A DNA stretch of 63,590 nucleotides, counting the filler, from Collodictyon triciliatum (lineage: Eukaryota): the NCBI GenBank assembly GCA_043381765.1. It is 5 parts of 5 records of this genome, joined end to end, with 100 filler letters (N's around TTAATTAATTAA, not from the genome) between each part and the next. Parts side by side here need not be neighbours in the genome. Positions count along the whole stretch, not along the records: positions 24,289 to 48,426 come from JBHJMP010001100.1; 4 more parts are not named here. One strand, 5' to 3'. Below, piece by piece: positions 27,401 to 39,353 of this stretch. The position numbers and the translations under genes are program-made. The notes beneath the pieces are model-generated. The model saw only the letters and a list, made by a program, of their open reading frames with translations. It did not search any database and had not been told where the DNA came from. Numbering within the stretch: position 1 is the stretch's first letter; each line of letters opens with the position of its first letter.

Positions 27401-28941
27401 TTCGTTTTCTATTATGGCTCATGAACCCTTACTTTAATATCAATTATCTGATATCTAAACTGTTGAAAAGAAACCAAAAAAAATCAATTATCTGATATCA
27501 TCACTGTTTATATGTTCATGTGTTACTGTCAACATATTCAATTTTGTCCCTTTTTCATCCTTTTCATACATACTTCAGGAGGGAACTGAAGAAGAGAAGA
27601 AGAGACTCCACGCTGTCCGCAAGCATGTCCTTTACAAACTGCGCACATATATGAGCTTCATCGAAACTCGTGGCGATACTCACATTACCATGCTTTCGTA
27701 ATACTTTTATCACTTCCTCCAATTACAAAATTAAACTGGCATTCTTTGGCGTTTTATTCGTGATATCTAGCTGGGAAAAGGGAATGAGAAATACGACAGC
27801 TCATAAAAAATATGTTATTCTCACTTAGGTTCTTGCACATGTTTCCAGGCCTCGTCCATTTCATATTTGTTGATCGAACCAACAATACCGTAATGATTTG
27901 GGAGCAATAAATGCAACTAGTTCTCCAAATTAGCAAACATATGAACATATAAGCTAATTAATTATTTGCACCTTTTGACAACAAAGGTGATTGCCCCAGC
28001 CATCATCCCACTTCATGGTCAGCAACATGATATGCAAGGTATAAGCGGAATGTTTATTTTATGAGGTTTTCCTCCGTTTCTTTTTAAACGCTCACATTAA
28101 TTAATTGTTCTTCATACATTAGACCCAGCCGCAATCCAATCTGTAAAACTCATAAAAGGAAAGGTCGCCATTTTTTCTGTTGACTTATTTTTCGGTATTT
28201 TCAGTATTTTCAGTATTGAGGAATATTTATTGGGGATTTACTATACGTTCCTTTTCAGACGTCACAACAACCATGAGTGTCTCTTTATGTTTCACTTCAT
28301 ACACTCTTCACAGGTTTGGGATATGTGTTACAAAGCACAAAGGCAGCTTTCCCTTGGCTTCACGTCCACTATTATGAAGGTCGCTTTTATGCTGTTGCTT
28401 CAAATGTCAAATTATGCAAAGTCATTCGCTATTTTTTTTCTTATCTCTTTTCTCTATATTTTATTCCGAATTCATATTTCAAAATCTAATCACTACAATA
28501 CCCACTCTAGCTCGGGGACTTCCAGTACTCGTACAAGCTTTGGGTGGAGGATGCTGAAGGAAATGAGCTCCCACTTCCTAACCCAATACCTTCCTCGCAA
28601 ATACCAATAGAGTCGTAAGTACTACTACAACTTCGTGGGAACAGAAAGAAGAAATGGCCAGGAAAAGGAGCTTGACAAATAATATAACAATAATTTCTTC
28701 CTACTTAATTTTTTCAAATGACTACACACTGTCAGTTTGTAATTATGGTTGCATTCAACCCCTCTGATGATACACGTATCCTAGCTCTAGTTACACCGAG
28801 CTGATGAAGCGCTTGTTTCCCAACCAACGTGGTTACAAAATGTTTGAGCTCTATGCTCTTTATGTTGGAATGCTCCCTTCAGCCGCAGTCGTCAGCCACA
28901 ACAAGCGCCTCTACACTCACATCACAAGCAAAGCCCGATAA
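24407..28941 (+). CDS. HPS1: HPS1 (BLOC-3 subunit, tri-longin Rab32/38 GEF family), multi-exon
   Basis: LILIVVSNGGESEHFLRRQL (first longin), QSHLVQSIEWL, FLHMFPGLVHFIFVDRT..VIAP (hallmark FPGLVHFIxVDR), FELYALYVG near the C-terminus; TAA at 28941. Start codon is tentative. Confidence 0.9.
26128..26209 (+). mobile_element. 52-bp 5'-truncated non-LTR retroelement insertion with A-tail and 15-bp TSD in an HPS1 intron
   Basis: TTGTACGAATTGTGA at 26128-26142 and 26195-26209 flanks a sequence nearly identical to the reverse complement of 57996-58047. Confidence 0.9.
27439..27499 (+). mobile_element. 27-bp A-tailed insertion with 17-bp TSD in an HPS1 intron
   Basis: ATCAATTATCTGATATC at 27439-27455 and 27483-27499 flanks TAAACTGTTGAAAAGAAACCAAAAAAA. 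Confidence 0.75.
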
Positions 28942-29494
28942 ATGCTTTCCTTTTTTTTTTTTCCTTCTATTTTTCTTATCCTTTTGATTCTCATCATCTT
29001 AAACTTTTCTTTTATCTTTCCTTTCTTTTTCTTTCTCATTCTTTTTTCTTTAGTGGCGCACATTCGGCCCACAGACAACCCAAAACGCTTTCTCATATGC
29101 CTTCTTGCATTCCCAAAACATGTCACCATTGGACGTGGTAGTGGAGCAAATGTGTGCCATGAACAGAGGAAACACGCAAAAAATAAAAAATAAAAATACA
29201 TGGAATGATAAAATATAAAGAGCAGAAAATAAAAATATAAGAAAAGTGGCTCATAATATTTTGAGATGGGACAACAAGCTTGCACTTGTGCTTTACATGA
29301 AAATTTATTCAATCCACATAAGACCAGGAAAAATCGATGTATTCTTAACTAGATAGAATTAACCCATTCGTACGTTTGCTGTCAAAGTTGGTAGCAGTTC
29401 GTAGCAAATCGGAATTTATCTACACAGGAAGAGTGATGAAAGTGTTGCGGAAACATGAGCCAGCTCTTATACGCGAGACACTGCACTGTTAGCA

Positions 29495-32400
29495 CTAAAG
29501 GTCTTCCATCGCGGGCACATAAGGTATCTTCACGACACGCCTTTCGAAGGTGAAACAGCGAGAAGGGTCGTTATAATACGACCAGAGACGACGACTGTTG
29601 ACCACCAGGATGTTGAACACAGCTAGTCGAAGCCCGCCCTCAGATTGCCACTCTCCTATCGGTGATTGTACCGTGCGGGGATATACGTCATAAATACAGC
29701 GCATCTCGAACAAAATCCAGAAGAGCAGAAGCCAAATTATCCCACTTAATACCGTCATCCAAACGATATCAGAAAATATCTTTGATAGCTTTCGTGCGCG
29801 TTCCCAGAGAACTTTCCATTTTAACTTTGAACGATGTTCCATATCAACAGCCCCTTTGCACAGGGCAGACTGGTGATTGGAGGGATGGTGATTTTGGCTG
29901 TTACTTGCTTGTGCTTTTTCGCTGAACAACTGACTCTGGTACATCTGAAATATCATCGAATAGCTCTTCATCAGTGCTCCCTCTACGTCATCAGTTAATC
30001 GTTGTCGTGTTTTCAGGGCTTCTGCAAGTTTTTCGACCTGACGATTATATGCTCCAAAAGGAATCGGGTTCGCATCAACCAAGCAGAATGTCAGGAAGCA
30101 GGAGTAAAGAGAAGGGAGGCACACAAAGACTCTTACACCTTCCCAACCTAGGTAATCAGCCAACAAGACGCAGAATAGTGTGCAGTTTCCCAAAAGGAAA
30201 CAGGTTTCAAAACTTCCCATTGCTCTAAAGACACTATCCTTCGAATATAGAAGTAATACCAACATTCGTTGGGCAAATAACCCGACAATAAGCGGCGTAG
30301 CAAGGAAATCCAATATAGTACTTTTGATACACAACTTAATGGAAACTGACATACCTCCCAGGAATACAATAATAACCAGCCTGGAACTCCATCTTCTTAA
30401 AGTATTTGACTTTGAGTCTGACCAATATCCCCCGAAAATGGCAGAAGATAAATTTTTACCCGAATCACATATAATACTCTCATGCAGAGGTGTTGAAATG
30501 AAGACCGGGCGACCTCTCATTAAAATATGTGGTTGGGAATCATATGATGCAATATTTTTCTCTTCTAGTTCTGTGTTTCCTTGATAATGAATGATGTTAT
30601 CACGGCTGTGGTTGTTGAATTTTCCGACGTGAACCGCGAGAGTAGACCTACGAGGTGAGTGTGAGTATGTGGGATTCCAGCCACGTTCATCTTCGTCAGC
30701 AGGAGATGTCGAAGTAATAGATAAGGAACGATGCCGTTCATGCTGAGGATTGGGATTTGCCTGTAATCCATTACTATCGGAATCACTGTTTTGCTCCTTG
30801 ATGTTTTTGTATAACATCGGTTTCACTTGCAAAGCTACTGATTCTTTCGGTATGTTCTCTGAATTATGAAAAACCGGTTGATTTGGAAGTGGAATTTCCA
30901 GGGCGCAGGCCATTTTCAGTTCATCTTCACTAAAATTGCATTTTACTGGATTATTTTTTGATGCAGTATCACCTACACCAGGCATATTGACATTTGTCAT
31001 GTCTTTTTGTGTGTCATCGCTATTTGAACACAAGGAGTGAGTGTGATTCATTTGTTTGGCTTCAAATGATCCATGCACTTGGTTAGTATAATCCATACAA
31101 GGCTGTGGGTCTGATATTGAATGAAAATCTGCTTCGGGGTCTAAAATCTCAAGCTTTTGATGCATATTGCCTGATGAACTATCTAGAGACGTCGACACCG
31201 GGCGATTTTGGTGTATTTTACGCGTAGAGATCTTGAAGTTGTATTGGGGAGTTGGAAGAGAAGACGTATGCGAAATTTCTTGGTTGGTTAGAGTATCTAG
31301 AGTGTCCCCACTTGCCTCCATTGCCTTGGGTATATCCTCTGTAACCTCAAAAATTGACTCTAGATTAGTTACCAAGTTTTCTGATTTTGAGGTGCGTCTC
31401 TTTCTGTAAGAAGGAGAATCGGGAAGGTAGTTATGGATACGAACTGATAGTGATTTATTTTTCGAAGCTCCTATCCCACTTAAACCATCGATGGATGATG
31501 ATTGAGAGAGCAAATCAATTCGATCATTACTTTGAGCACAAGTTGAAAGGTTGTATAAACTTTGCATGGATGGAAGTGATGAAGTTATGCAAGGGGCAGG
31601 AAAGGCTTCACCCGATTCTTGAAGTTGGCCTTCCAATTGGAGAATAGGAATCCAGGAGGCTACTAATGGAATACGAACCATTCTCCTGTTAATACAATGT
31701 ACTTTGAGGGGATAAAGAATATTTAGGACGAGCCTACGAAAGCTGAATAGAAGCACGTTAATGCAACACGCGCGGAAGATACCAAGGGTACTGATTTCGT
31801 TTCGGAATAAGTAGATTGAGCGAGGATAGATTGCGGGAATGACGCCGCATTCGACAAAAAAGTACATAAGGGTGGGAGTAGATGTAGCCATCAAAAATAC
31901 TGCGACTGTGTTAAGGCCAAGACTGTGTAAAAGTTCGATCCGGCGGTAAAGGAAGGTGAGAAACCCACGACCAGCTCGCGGATAATGAAGCATGAGTCTG
32001 TAAAAATTACGGCAGATACGCACATATCGCGACGGATGGCGGATTGGGCCGGTCTCTGGGGCATTATGTCGGTCATGATTCTGGGGCGACTTTTGTTCTT
32101 GAATGCGATTGAGGATTCGTTGTACCTGCCCAAAGCTCACTGGCCATGCGTCCATAAAAACGATATTGAAATAGCAGAGACAAAACATAGGGACCATGAA
32201 GTAGGCCTCGAAGGACCAATCAAGTAAGTCCCCGAAAGTTAAGACGGTAAGTGCGATGTTGAATAGAAGAAACAAGGATTCAAAGTGGGCCAAGGCGAGA
32301 CGAAATATCTTTGGCTGGAAGGTCAGGATTGAAATCGTGTTGTAGAGCATCCCACATATGGCGAACGATGCATACAGAATTCGAACGTGCACTCGAGGGT

Positions 32401-32785
32401 CTGGCTGGTGGATTGCCACAAAGAACCATAACACAGAAGCAAAAAGCGCCAAAAACAAAAAGTTTCCAAAGCGGCGAAAGAAGTAGCGGATGAGCCAGCG
32501 AGAAAAATGATGTCCAAACCATTCTGATGCGAACGTGACAGAAAAGTCGACGGGCATCAGGAAATCAACGTCACTAAAGAGAACAAGCCTTTTTCGAAAA
32601 TCATCTTCCTCCACTCCAGCTCGCAATATGTCTGCACTTGGACATTGCCTCTCCCCACCAATACAGCTCCCATGCTCGATAGGGTTTTGATTTTCCTCAG
32701 GTCGATCACTTACGCTGCTGGAACCAGCTTGGTGGTTGGGTGCAAAGCCATGGTCATCTCCGTTGTCCCCTCCACCGTTCTCCAT
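29495..32785 (-). CDS. Intronless ~1100-aa polytopic membrane protein with two homologous ~6-TM modules separated by a long disordered linker
   Basis: Single ORF (ATG MENGG at 32785). Module 1 FESLFLLFN..FGDLLDW..FMDAWP..IYPR..NVLLFSFRRL..RRMVRIP aligns by eye with module 2 FETCFLLGN..LADYLGW..LVDANP..VYPR..NILVVNSRRL..RRVVKIP. Confidence 0.88.
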   Translation of the reverse strand: MENGGGDNGDDHGFAPNHQAGSSSVSDRPEENQNPIEHGSCIGGERQCPSADILRAGVEEDDFRKRLVLFSDVDFLMPVDFSVTFASEWFGHHFSRWLIRYFFRRFGNFLFLALFASVLWFFVAIHQPDPRVHVRILYASFAICGMLYNTISILTFQPKIFRLALAHFESLFLLFNIALTVLTFGDLLDWSFEAYFMVPMFCLCYFNIVFMDAWPVSFGQVQRILNRIQEQKSPQNHDRHNAPETGPIRHPSRYVRICRNFYRLMLHYPRAGRGFLTFLYRRIELLHSLGLNTVAVFLMATSTPTLMYFFVECGVIPAIYPRSIYLFRNEISTLGIFRACCINVLLFSFRRLVLNILYPLKVHCINRRMVRIPLVASWIPILQLEGQLQESGEAFPAPCITSSLPSMQSLYNLSTCAQSNDRIDLLSQSSSIDGLSGIGASKNKSLSVRIHNYLPDSPSYRKRRTSKSENLVTNLESIFEVTEDIPKAMEASGDTLDTLTNQEISHTSSLPTPQYNFKISTRKIHQNRPVSTSLDSSSGNMHQKLEILDPEADFHSISDPQPCMDYTNQVHGSFEAKQMNHTHSLCSNSDDTQKDMTNVNMPGVGDTASKNNPVKCNFSEDELKMACALEIPLPNQPVFHNSENIPKESVALQVKPMLYKNIKEQNSDSDSNGLQANPNPQHERHRSLSITSTSPADEDERGWNPTYSHSPRRSTLAVHVGKFNNHSRDNIIHYQGNTELEEKNIASYDSQPHILMRGRPVFISTPLHESIICDSGKNLSSAIFGGYWSDSKSNTLRRWSSRLVIIVFLGGMSVSIKLCIKSTILDFLATPLIVGLFAQRMLVLLLYSKDSVFRAMGSFETCFLLGNCTLFCVLLADYLGWEGVRVFVCLPSLYSCFLTFCLVDANPIPFGAYNRQVEKLAEALKTRQRLTDDVEGALMKSYSMIFQMYQSQLFSEKAQASNSQNHHPSNHQSALCKGAVDMEHRSKLKWKVLWERARKLSKIFSDIVWMTVLSGIIWLLLFWILFEMRCIYDVYPRTVQSPIGEWQSEGGLRLAVFNILVVNSRRLWSYYNDPSRCFTFERRVVKIPYVPAMEDL

Positions 32786-33452
32786 ATTGTGAGCGCCTGT
32801 CCTACAACACACTCGATCAGTGCTCTGAGTAAATTATTTTTTGGGGAGCGAGCATCTTCTGCGTGTTATCAATGACTTGGTGCATTTGTGCTTAACCATA
32901 GCCTGATCTATTGCGTGTTGTTGACTGTGCTTTACAAAAGGATGGAAGAAAACTAGTTGTTTGTCAACAGCTCCTGTTTCATTTACGAACGAGTGCTATG
33001 CGACAGGCGAACGACGCAAAGAAGCACATTTCGTTTGTGGGGCACACTGGCGCAAATGAGAGACTAAAGTGGAAATTTTGAAGCGGTAATCCTTTAAGAA
33101 TCCATCCATTTGCGGAAGCGATGCTGGGCAAAAAACTACATAAAAAATGTTTCTCAAAAAGGATGCCAGTCCAATTCACGCGTTTCTCTTAACAGGGGCA
33201 ATTCTCCGTTATTTTCATGCGCTCTTAAACATGTAGAATATATAAAAAAAATCAAACAATTCACGAACTATTCCATTTTCTTCAAAATAGCTTATCAAAC
33301 ATATTTAAATTATATTCCGCATTTAGATGAGGAATTCTCGTACTTTTGCCGCAAATCTGGTATGGTGAATTAAAAAAAAAAGAAAGATAAAGATGATAGC
33401 CGTCGCTTGTTGTGGGGAAGTTTATTGGGTTGGCCACAGTCGGGCGAGGGCA

Positions 33453-35157
33453 TTAATGCAAGACAGACAGATAGACAGGTCGGTAGATGACTAGGTTGCA
33501 ATGTAGTTCACGCACGGCACGATGAGCTTCTTCCTCAGTCTCAAAGGCAATGAGAGTACGGTTCAACCTAAAACAACAGAGAATGATTCGATACGGCAAA
33601 TAAAAATCATATATACTAGCCGCCGAGATATGTATCAAATTGGGTCGGTTATGTTGACCAGTTCTATCTGTATTACAACTCACGCAGGAATGGATACGCT
33701 GGAGCCTGGGATGGTCTTGAATCCTTCCAGAAACTTGCCCACCAAGGAGAGCATAAGAGCAGGATTGCATCCTTGGAATGCAACAGTCTTACCAGGGTGT
33801 TCAAGGAATGTTTTGTGCTGAAGAAGCTCTTTAAACTTTGTTTCTGTTGCCTACAGGAGAAAGATGCGAAAACGATGACGGTCATGCGATATTAAGTAGG
33901 GCATGGAAAGTTACGGCCGCGGTTTATGTGTCTGTCCAGGGAGTCAAAGCTGGGTATTTCCAAATGATTTGTGAGGCCTAAAGCATACGTACCAAAATGA
34001 CTTTTCCCATCGAGGTTCCAATAGAACTTTGCTTCAGTTTGGTATTTGCGTCAGTTTCAAGCTCCTTACCAAGTTCGACAAACCATTTTCCTGTGGGGAG
34101 GAAGTCCTCCTGTATATACATGAATCCATAAATTTAATTTATTGACCCGCATTTTGTTCGCCGCTGATGATATCATTCGCGTATATCTCTACAACTTTTT
34201 TTTTGTACATATCATGGAATGGAGGTAAAGATATGTAAACGCAAGGAAACACACTCGAGCATAAGAGTGTTGAGCCTTGACAACTTCTAGACCAGCATTC
34301 TGGAAATATCGCACGACATCACCATGTGTCAGGGTGCGAGACGTCGATGCGTATATCACATACTTGGATGGGGTGATTGGGGGTGATGGTCCTAATATGT
34401 AGGGTGTATGTAAAGTCACCGCACAAATCGTACAGACAAGATGGAGTTGGTTTGTTGAGATAGACGCGGCAAACTTCTGTCTAGGAGAGGGGCTCTTGAC
34501 TTGTTGAAGTTTGAGAACTGGGGCCCTGAAGATCTTGAGGAGCCGTTCCGGTTGGAAGGGACGAACGATCCTACTCACAAGAGAGAGAGTAGTTATTCAT
34601 GATAAGAGGACTATTTCTGGTGTATGTATGCACCAGAATTCTAACAGGAGAGACATAATTACTCCGTGTGGGTGCGGCAGGGGCTCTCTTGTTTGGCGCA
34701 GTTGTTGGGGGAGCCTCCACTGAGGGGGTAACCTGATAGAGAATCGAAGATATGCTATAAATGATGCCTTCGATCGCTAATATTTTGTTATGCTTTGGCT
34801 GCAGCAAAGTATAAATTACTCAAGGAAAGCTTACCTCTGAGCTTTCATGCTTTGCTGCTTGAGGCAAATCGATTAATAAAATATTTAAAAGGCCAATGTT
34901 GACCAAAAAAAAGGAGGAAAAGAGGAAAGCAGGAAAATAATAATAAAAAAATAAAAAAGGAATAGAAAAATAACAGCCTTCTTCCTCCATGATTCATACA
35001 AAGCAGTAATAGAAGAGTGGTTAAATATGAAGCTGAGATCACCTGCGTGTGTGGAGACAAACTTGGAAAAAAGAGAGGAGCGTGCATGGAAAAAGGAGCC
35101 AGCCTGCAGCGCCTGCAACGGACTTGAGCCCAAGGTACGGTTGAAGAACAAACTCAT
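33453..35157 (-). CDS. Putative mitochondrion-targeted RRM-like protein (multi-exon)
   Basis: N-term MSLFFNRTLGSSPLQALQAGSFFHARSSLFSKF lacks acidic residues (presequence-like); C-term RTLIAFETEEEAHRAVRELHCNLVIYRPVYL is RRM beta3-alpha2-beta4-like. Confidence 0.6.
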
Positions 35158-35893
35158 TTTTTCGCCTGCGCTTCTAAACAAAAAGCAGGGGGTCGCGCTT
35201 CATTCTAGTTTTTGTCTTTATTTTTTGGGACATGCATATTCACACTTTTCTCTCAATGACAAACGCGATCCCAGATTAGTTTCTATTCACTCTTGGTCTT
35301 GTCTCCCTCGCATTCGTGTTTCTCTCACTGCTTTTTTTCTCGAATCCTTTTGCTTCGAAGCAGACAGGATTTGCCAAACAAGCAGAGCGGAATCAAAGTA
35401 GCCACAAAGTTAGCCGACATAGCCCAAACAAATTCCACATCAGGAATGGAGATGTGATCTATCAAAAAAAATTCGTGCGTTTTGCACAAATGATACACAC
35501 TGTCATGCTAATTTATTCTCCACTTATTTTGATAGTATATATATTTTTTTTGTCTATTTTTTTTTTTTTGCTTTGACTCCCGCTGTCGCTCTTGCTTATC
35601 TTCTCTTTTTATTTTGGCTGGGAAATACACAAGAAGAAAATAAAAAACACATCGTTAAAGGAAAGGCTTGAGGAGTCGTGTTTGCTCCTTCCGCTGCACG
35701 AGTTACCAGTAAATCAAACAGCACATCTCATCCTCGCGCTGCTGCAGACTTTCACGCGCCATTATTGTGCGGTCATCGTCTTTTTTTTTCGATCGCTTGC
35801 AACTCGAGTGTTCAAAAAGGACACTCCAAACGACCGTCCGATGCATCAGAGTCACCACCTGATTTTCCCGTCAAACAGCAGACCTTGCGACAC

Positions 35894-38800
35894 ATGGACG
35901 CCCTGCAGAGCGAAGGAAGGGATCGGGCCAGCGCAGAGTTGCCTCCAGGTGCATCCGCAGAGCACAAAGAGCAGCCATCGCAAGAGTCAAACAACTGGGA
36001 TCCTTTGCCGGATGACCATTACACACTTGCAGAAGCAGAGACGGAGGCAGAGGCAGGGGCAAAAAGCCACTTGCACGGGTTTGGGTCTCATCAAAGACAC
36101 TTGAACGCCGGGCCTCTGGAAACTCCGCCGATGCAGAGGGCCACAGCAGTGGAGCTGGCTGACATCCTTTCGTGCCCGCAAGGATTGCCCCTGGGCCAGA
36201 CAATCAGAGAAGGCCATCCTTTGTCGCTGCCCGCTGTGCTATTCTCGTCTGATGAGCGCTCTTCACTGCTCGGCGATGGTTTAACTTCTGCTAACGGCTC
36301 CAGTGAGTTGCGTATTTGTCCTGCTAAGAACGCACCAAGAATCGTGAATCGTACTATCTTGATATTTATACAAGTGATTTCTAATTATGATGTGATTCAA
36401 TTTTTTTTCTCTTGAACTGGTTGAGGTAGCACGGTTATATGTTCCTATATAAAAGAATTATGTTGAATTTATGTCAGAGATTTCCTAGTACTCGCCGTCA
36501 TTTCCTTTCTAACTATGCTTGCTCCAATCACCCACTAAATGTTTCCAACAAACAATCTAGACACAGACCACTTCAAGGAATTTTGGAGAACCATATCCCA
36601 CCCAGATGCGGGTGTTCTTGATGTGCCAGTTCACGTTATTCCACAAGGCGGAAGCCACACACCAACGGGGCAGCCTCTATCCGGCCTCTTGGTACCCTCC
36701 GATGGGAATATACGCACTCCTCGTTTTCCAGCCCCTCGTTCGCTCTCTAAACGGCTTGACGACTGCTTGAAGCTGGGTGATAGTGGTTCCGACTTCAGTC
36801 CTCTCCATTCAGACTCTTCAGGTGTCCAAGAGACCCATGACCGAAGAACTGGACTTTCGACTGATATTCAAGTACATACCTCACTTAGGTACTGATTGTT
36901 CCCCAATCATAATTCATCTTTATTTCATGAGGCTATCCCAACCATAGCATCCAGTTATATACAATCTTGAAAATTTTTTCTATATTCGATTGCAAGCATT
37001 TTCAAATGAAAGCTATTAACAACTTTATTTGACCTTTCTATCAATCTATATTTTTTTTTCGAAACTACAACTATCTTAAATGAAAGCATGCACACAAACG
37101 CACCCTCTTTTCCCATTCATATGTCATTTGTACAAGCCATCAATATGACCTATTCTATTTTCTTTCTTCAGCGAAGCATCTTCTGGTACGGAGCCAATAA
37201 ATAATGATACTGCCTTTGCTGCATTCAGCCAACATCCAAAACTTAAAGTCCCTAAAGGTATAGAAAACATCGCTTTTAAAATATATTTGACCTAAGAAAA
37301 TTAGCTTATTGTTTGTCACTTTTATAGAACTTTATGAGTCACCAGCGACTCGTAAGGAAGGTTTAAGCAAGTCTTTGCGGCCTTCTATTTATACTGATCA
37401 ACCTTTATTTAATGACGAGGGTGATTCTGATTGGGATATAATGAGGTGGCTCCTATTTTTTTTCTCTTCTTTTCTCTTCTTTTCTCTTCTTTTCTCTTCT
37501 TTTCTCTTCTTTTCTCTTCTTTTCTCTTCTTTTCTCTTCTTTTCTCTTCTTTTCTCTTCTTTTCTCTTCTTTTTTTGGGGGACTATCTATACCCAAATAT
37601 GATTCTTAATGATGAAAACACATATTTTCTCTTTAAGATATAAATGGTTTGTTATAGTCGTCCCCTTACCCAATATGATATAGTTCTGCACCCAAATCAC
37701 CAAGCGGTCCTGTAATCAATAGTGATATGCCCTCATGTATGTATTTTTTTCTCTGTTTGCCTTTGATGGACAATTTAACGAAATATAAAAATGTCATTCA
37801 TCGTGTTTTATTCGATTTTTCTTCTCTTTTTTTTTTATTTGTCTCCAGCCATCATCCAACAGCTTTAAGATAATAAAATTTTGATTTTTTCTTGAATTCG
37901 CTAAAAATGATTAATCTAAAGCGGCAGATGTACCGTCGTGGATTTCTGAACTCCGTTCTGCATGGCAATCAGAATACGAAGCCATGGAGGTCTGCCTCTG
38001 CACTCACTTACATTACTCTGCAAATTTCATTTAAGAAGATAGAAACCCAATATATCGACTCATATGTCTATGGTGTAAGTTCTTTTGAGTTTGCCAAATG
38101 AACTAAAATCATAAAAACTATATAATAAACAAATTGGTAGCGCCAAAGTACAGTCACCACACCAAAGGAACATAGCTCTCGTCGAGAGGTAGTAATTTTT
38201 TTATTTTTTTATTTTTGCTCCTTTTATTCTTGAATTGGAGCATTCTACTAACGCATCCATCTAGAGCATTGGTCGCTTTCGGATGATGCTCAATAAAATA
38301 CACGATCGAGATGTAATTACCATTAAAATATGATTTTTATCTCCTACTTTTCCATTCTTCTCCATCAGAGTATCATGAAACTAAGTAATCATAATTCGAA
38401 AACAGCTCTCTTATATATAAGATGGCCATAAATAATCATTAAAGCAAGTAAGGCATAGGCTACACATTTTTATTTTATATACCAATTGTAATTCGTCCCT
38501 GTTTTTTTTCTCCGTATATTGTCATTTATGTGTATCAGAACGAAATGAGCCGGGCAACTGTTGAAAAGCTAAGGACACGATACAAAGATTTCATAGCCAA
38601 AAGGACCATCGTGATGATAAATACAGCAAAGGAAGCCGCTGCCCTCAAAGTTCAAGTATGTTGATTATCAAAGTGTATGTTTTAAGTCAGCGTAAACTAA
38701 CCAATTAAACTTAATACTATTAAAATCACTTAGTCAAGCAAGGAAATAAAGTTTATGATGTGCCACGGACAAAAACCACTTGTTCCTATGTAAAAAAAAA

Positions 38801-39314
38801 AAAATGCCTAAAATGAATTATGAAATAAAGAAAAGCTTTGCAATTTTTTATGTGAGAACCTCTCGATATGTCAAAAGTATGGTGCAGCAATTATAACTCA
38901 TATAATTTAACACGCGCTTTCTTTGATATGTCGCAGGTATAGGAGACTAGGAATGTACAAGAATGCCAAGTTTGAATGCCTAGATTCTACAGAAGAGCTT
39001 TTTATTCTCCAAATGAACCATGCTGTTGCACTTATGAGCGAATTTCTTGATATTGGATTATCAGTAACCTTAAGTTCTAATTTATTTTAAACTAAATGAA
39101 GGGAAAGGGGAGAATTAGAAAAAAAAATTATAATCTATATTGATAAATATAATTGTGAGAGTCCATTAATATGCTCGTATAAAAATATTGTAAGGTTTAT
39201 CGAGGACAAAAATTCCTTGACCCACCCTTGATAATTCAAAGTCTACCAGAAGGTAGGTCGTACCTGCGGCAAATCAAGGTATATACTGTGATTAACCCAT
39301 GTATTGTGCAAAAA

Positions 39315-39353
<39 letters not shown>

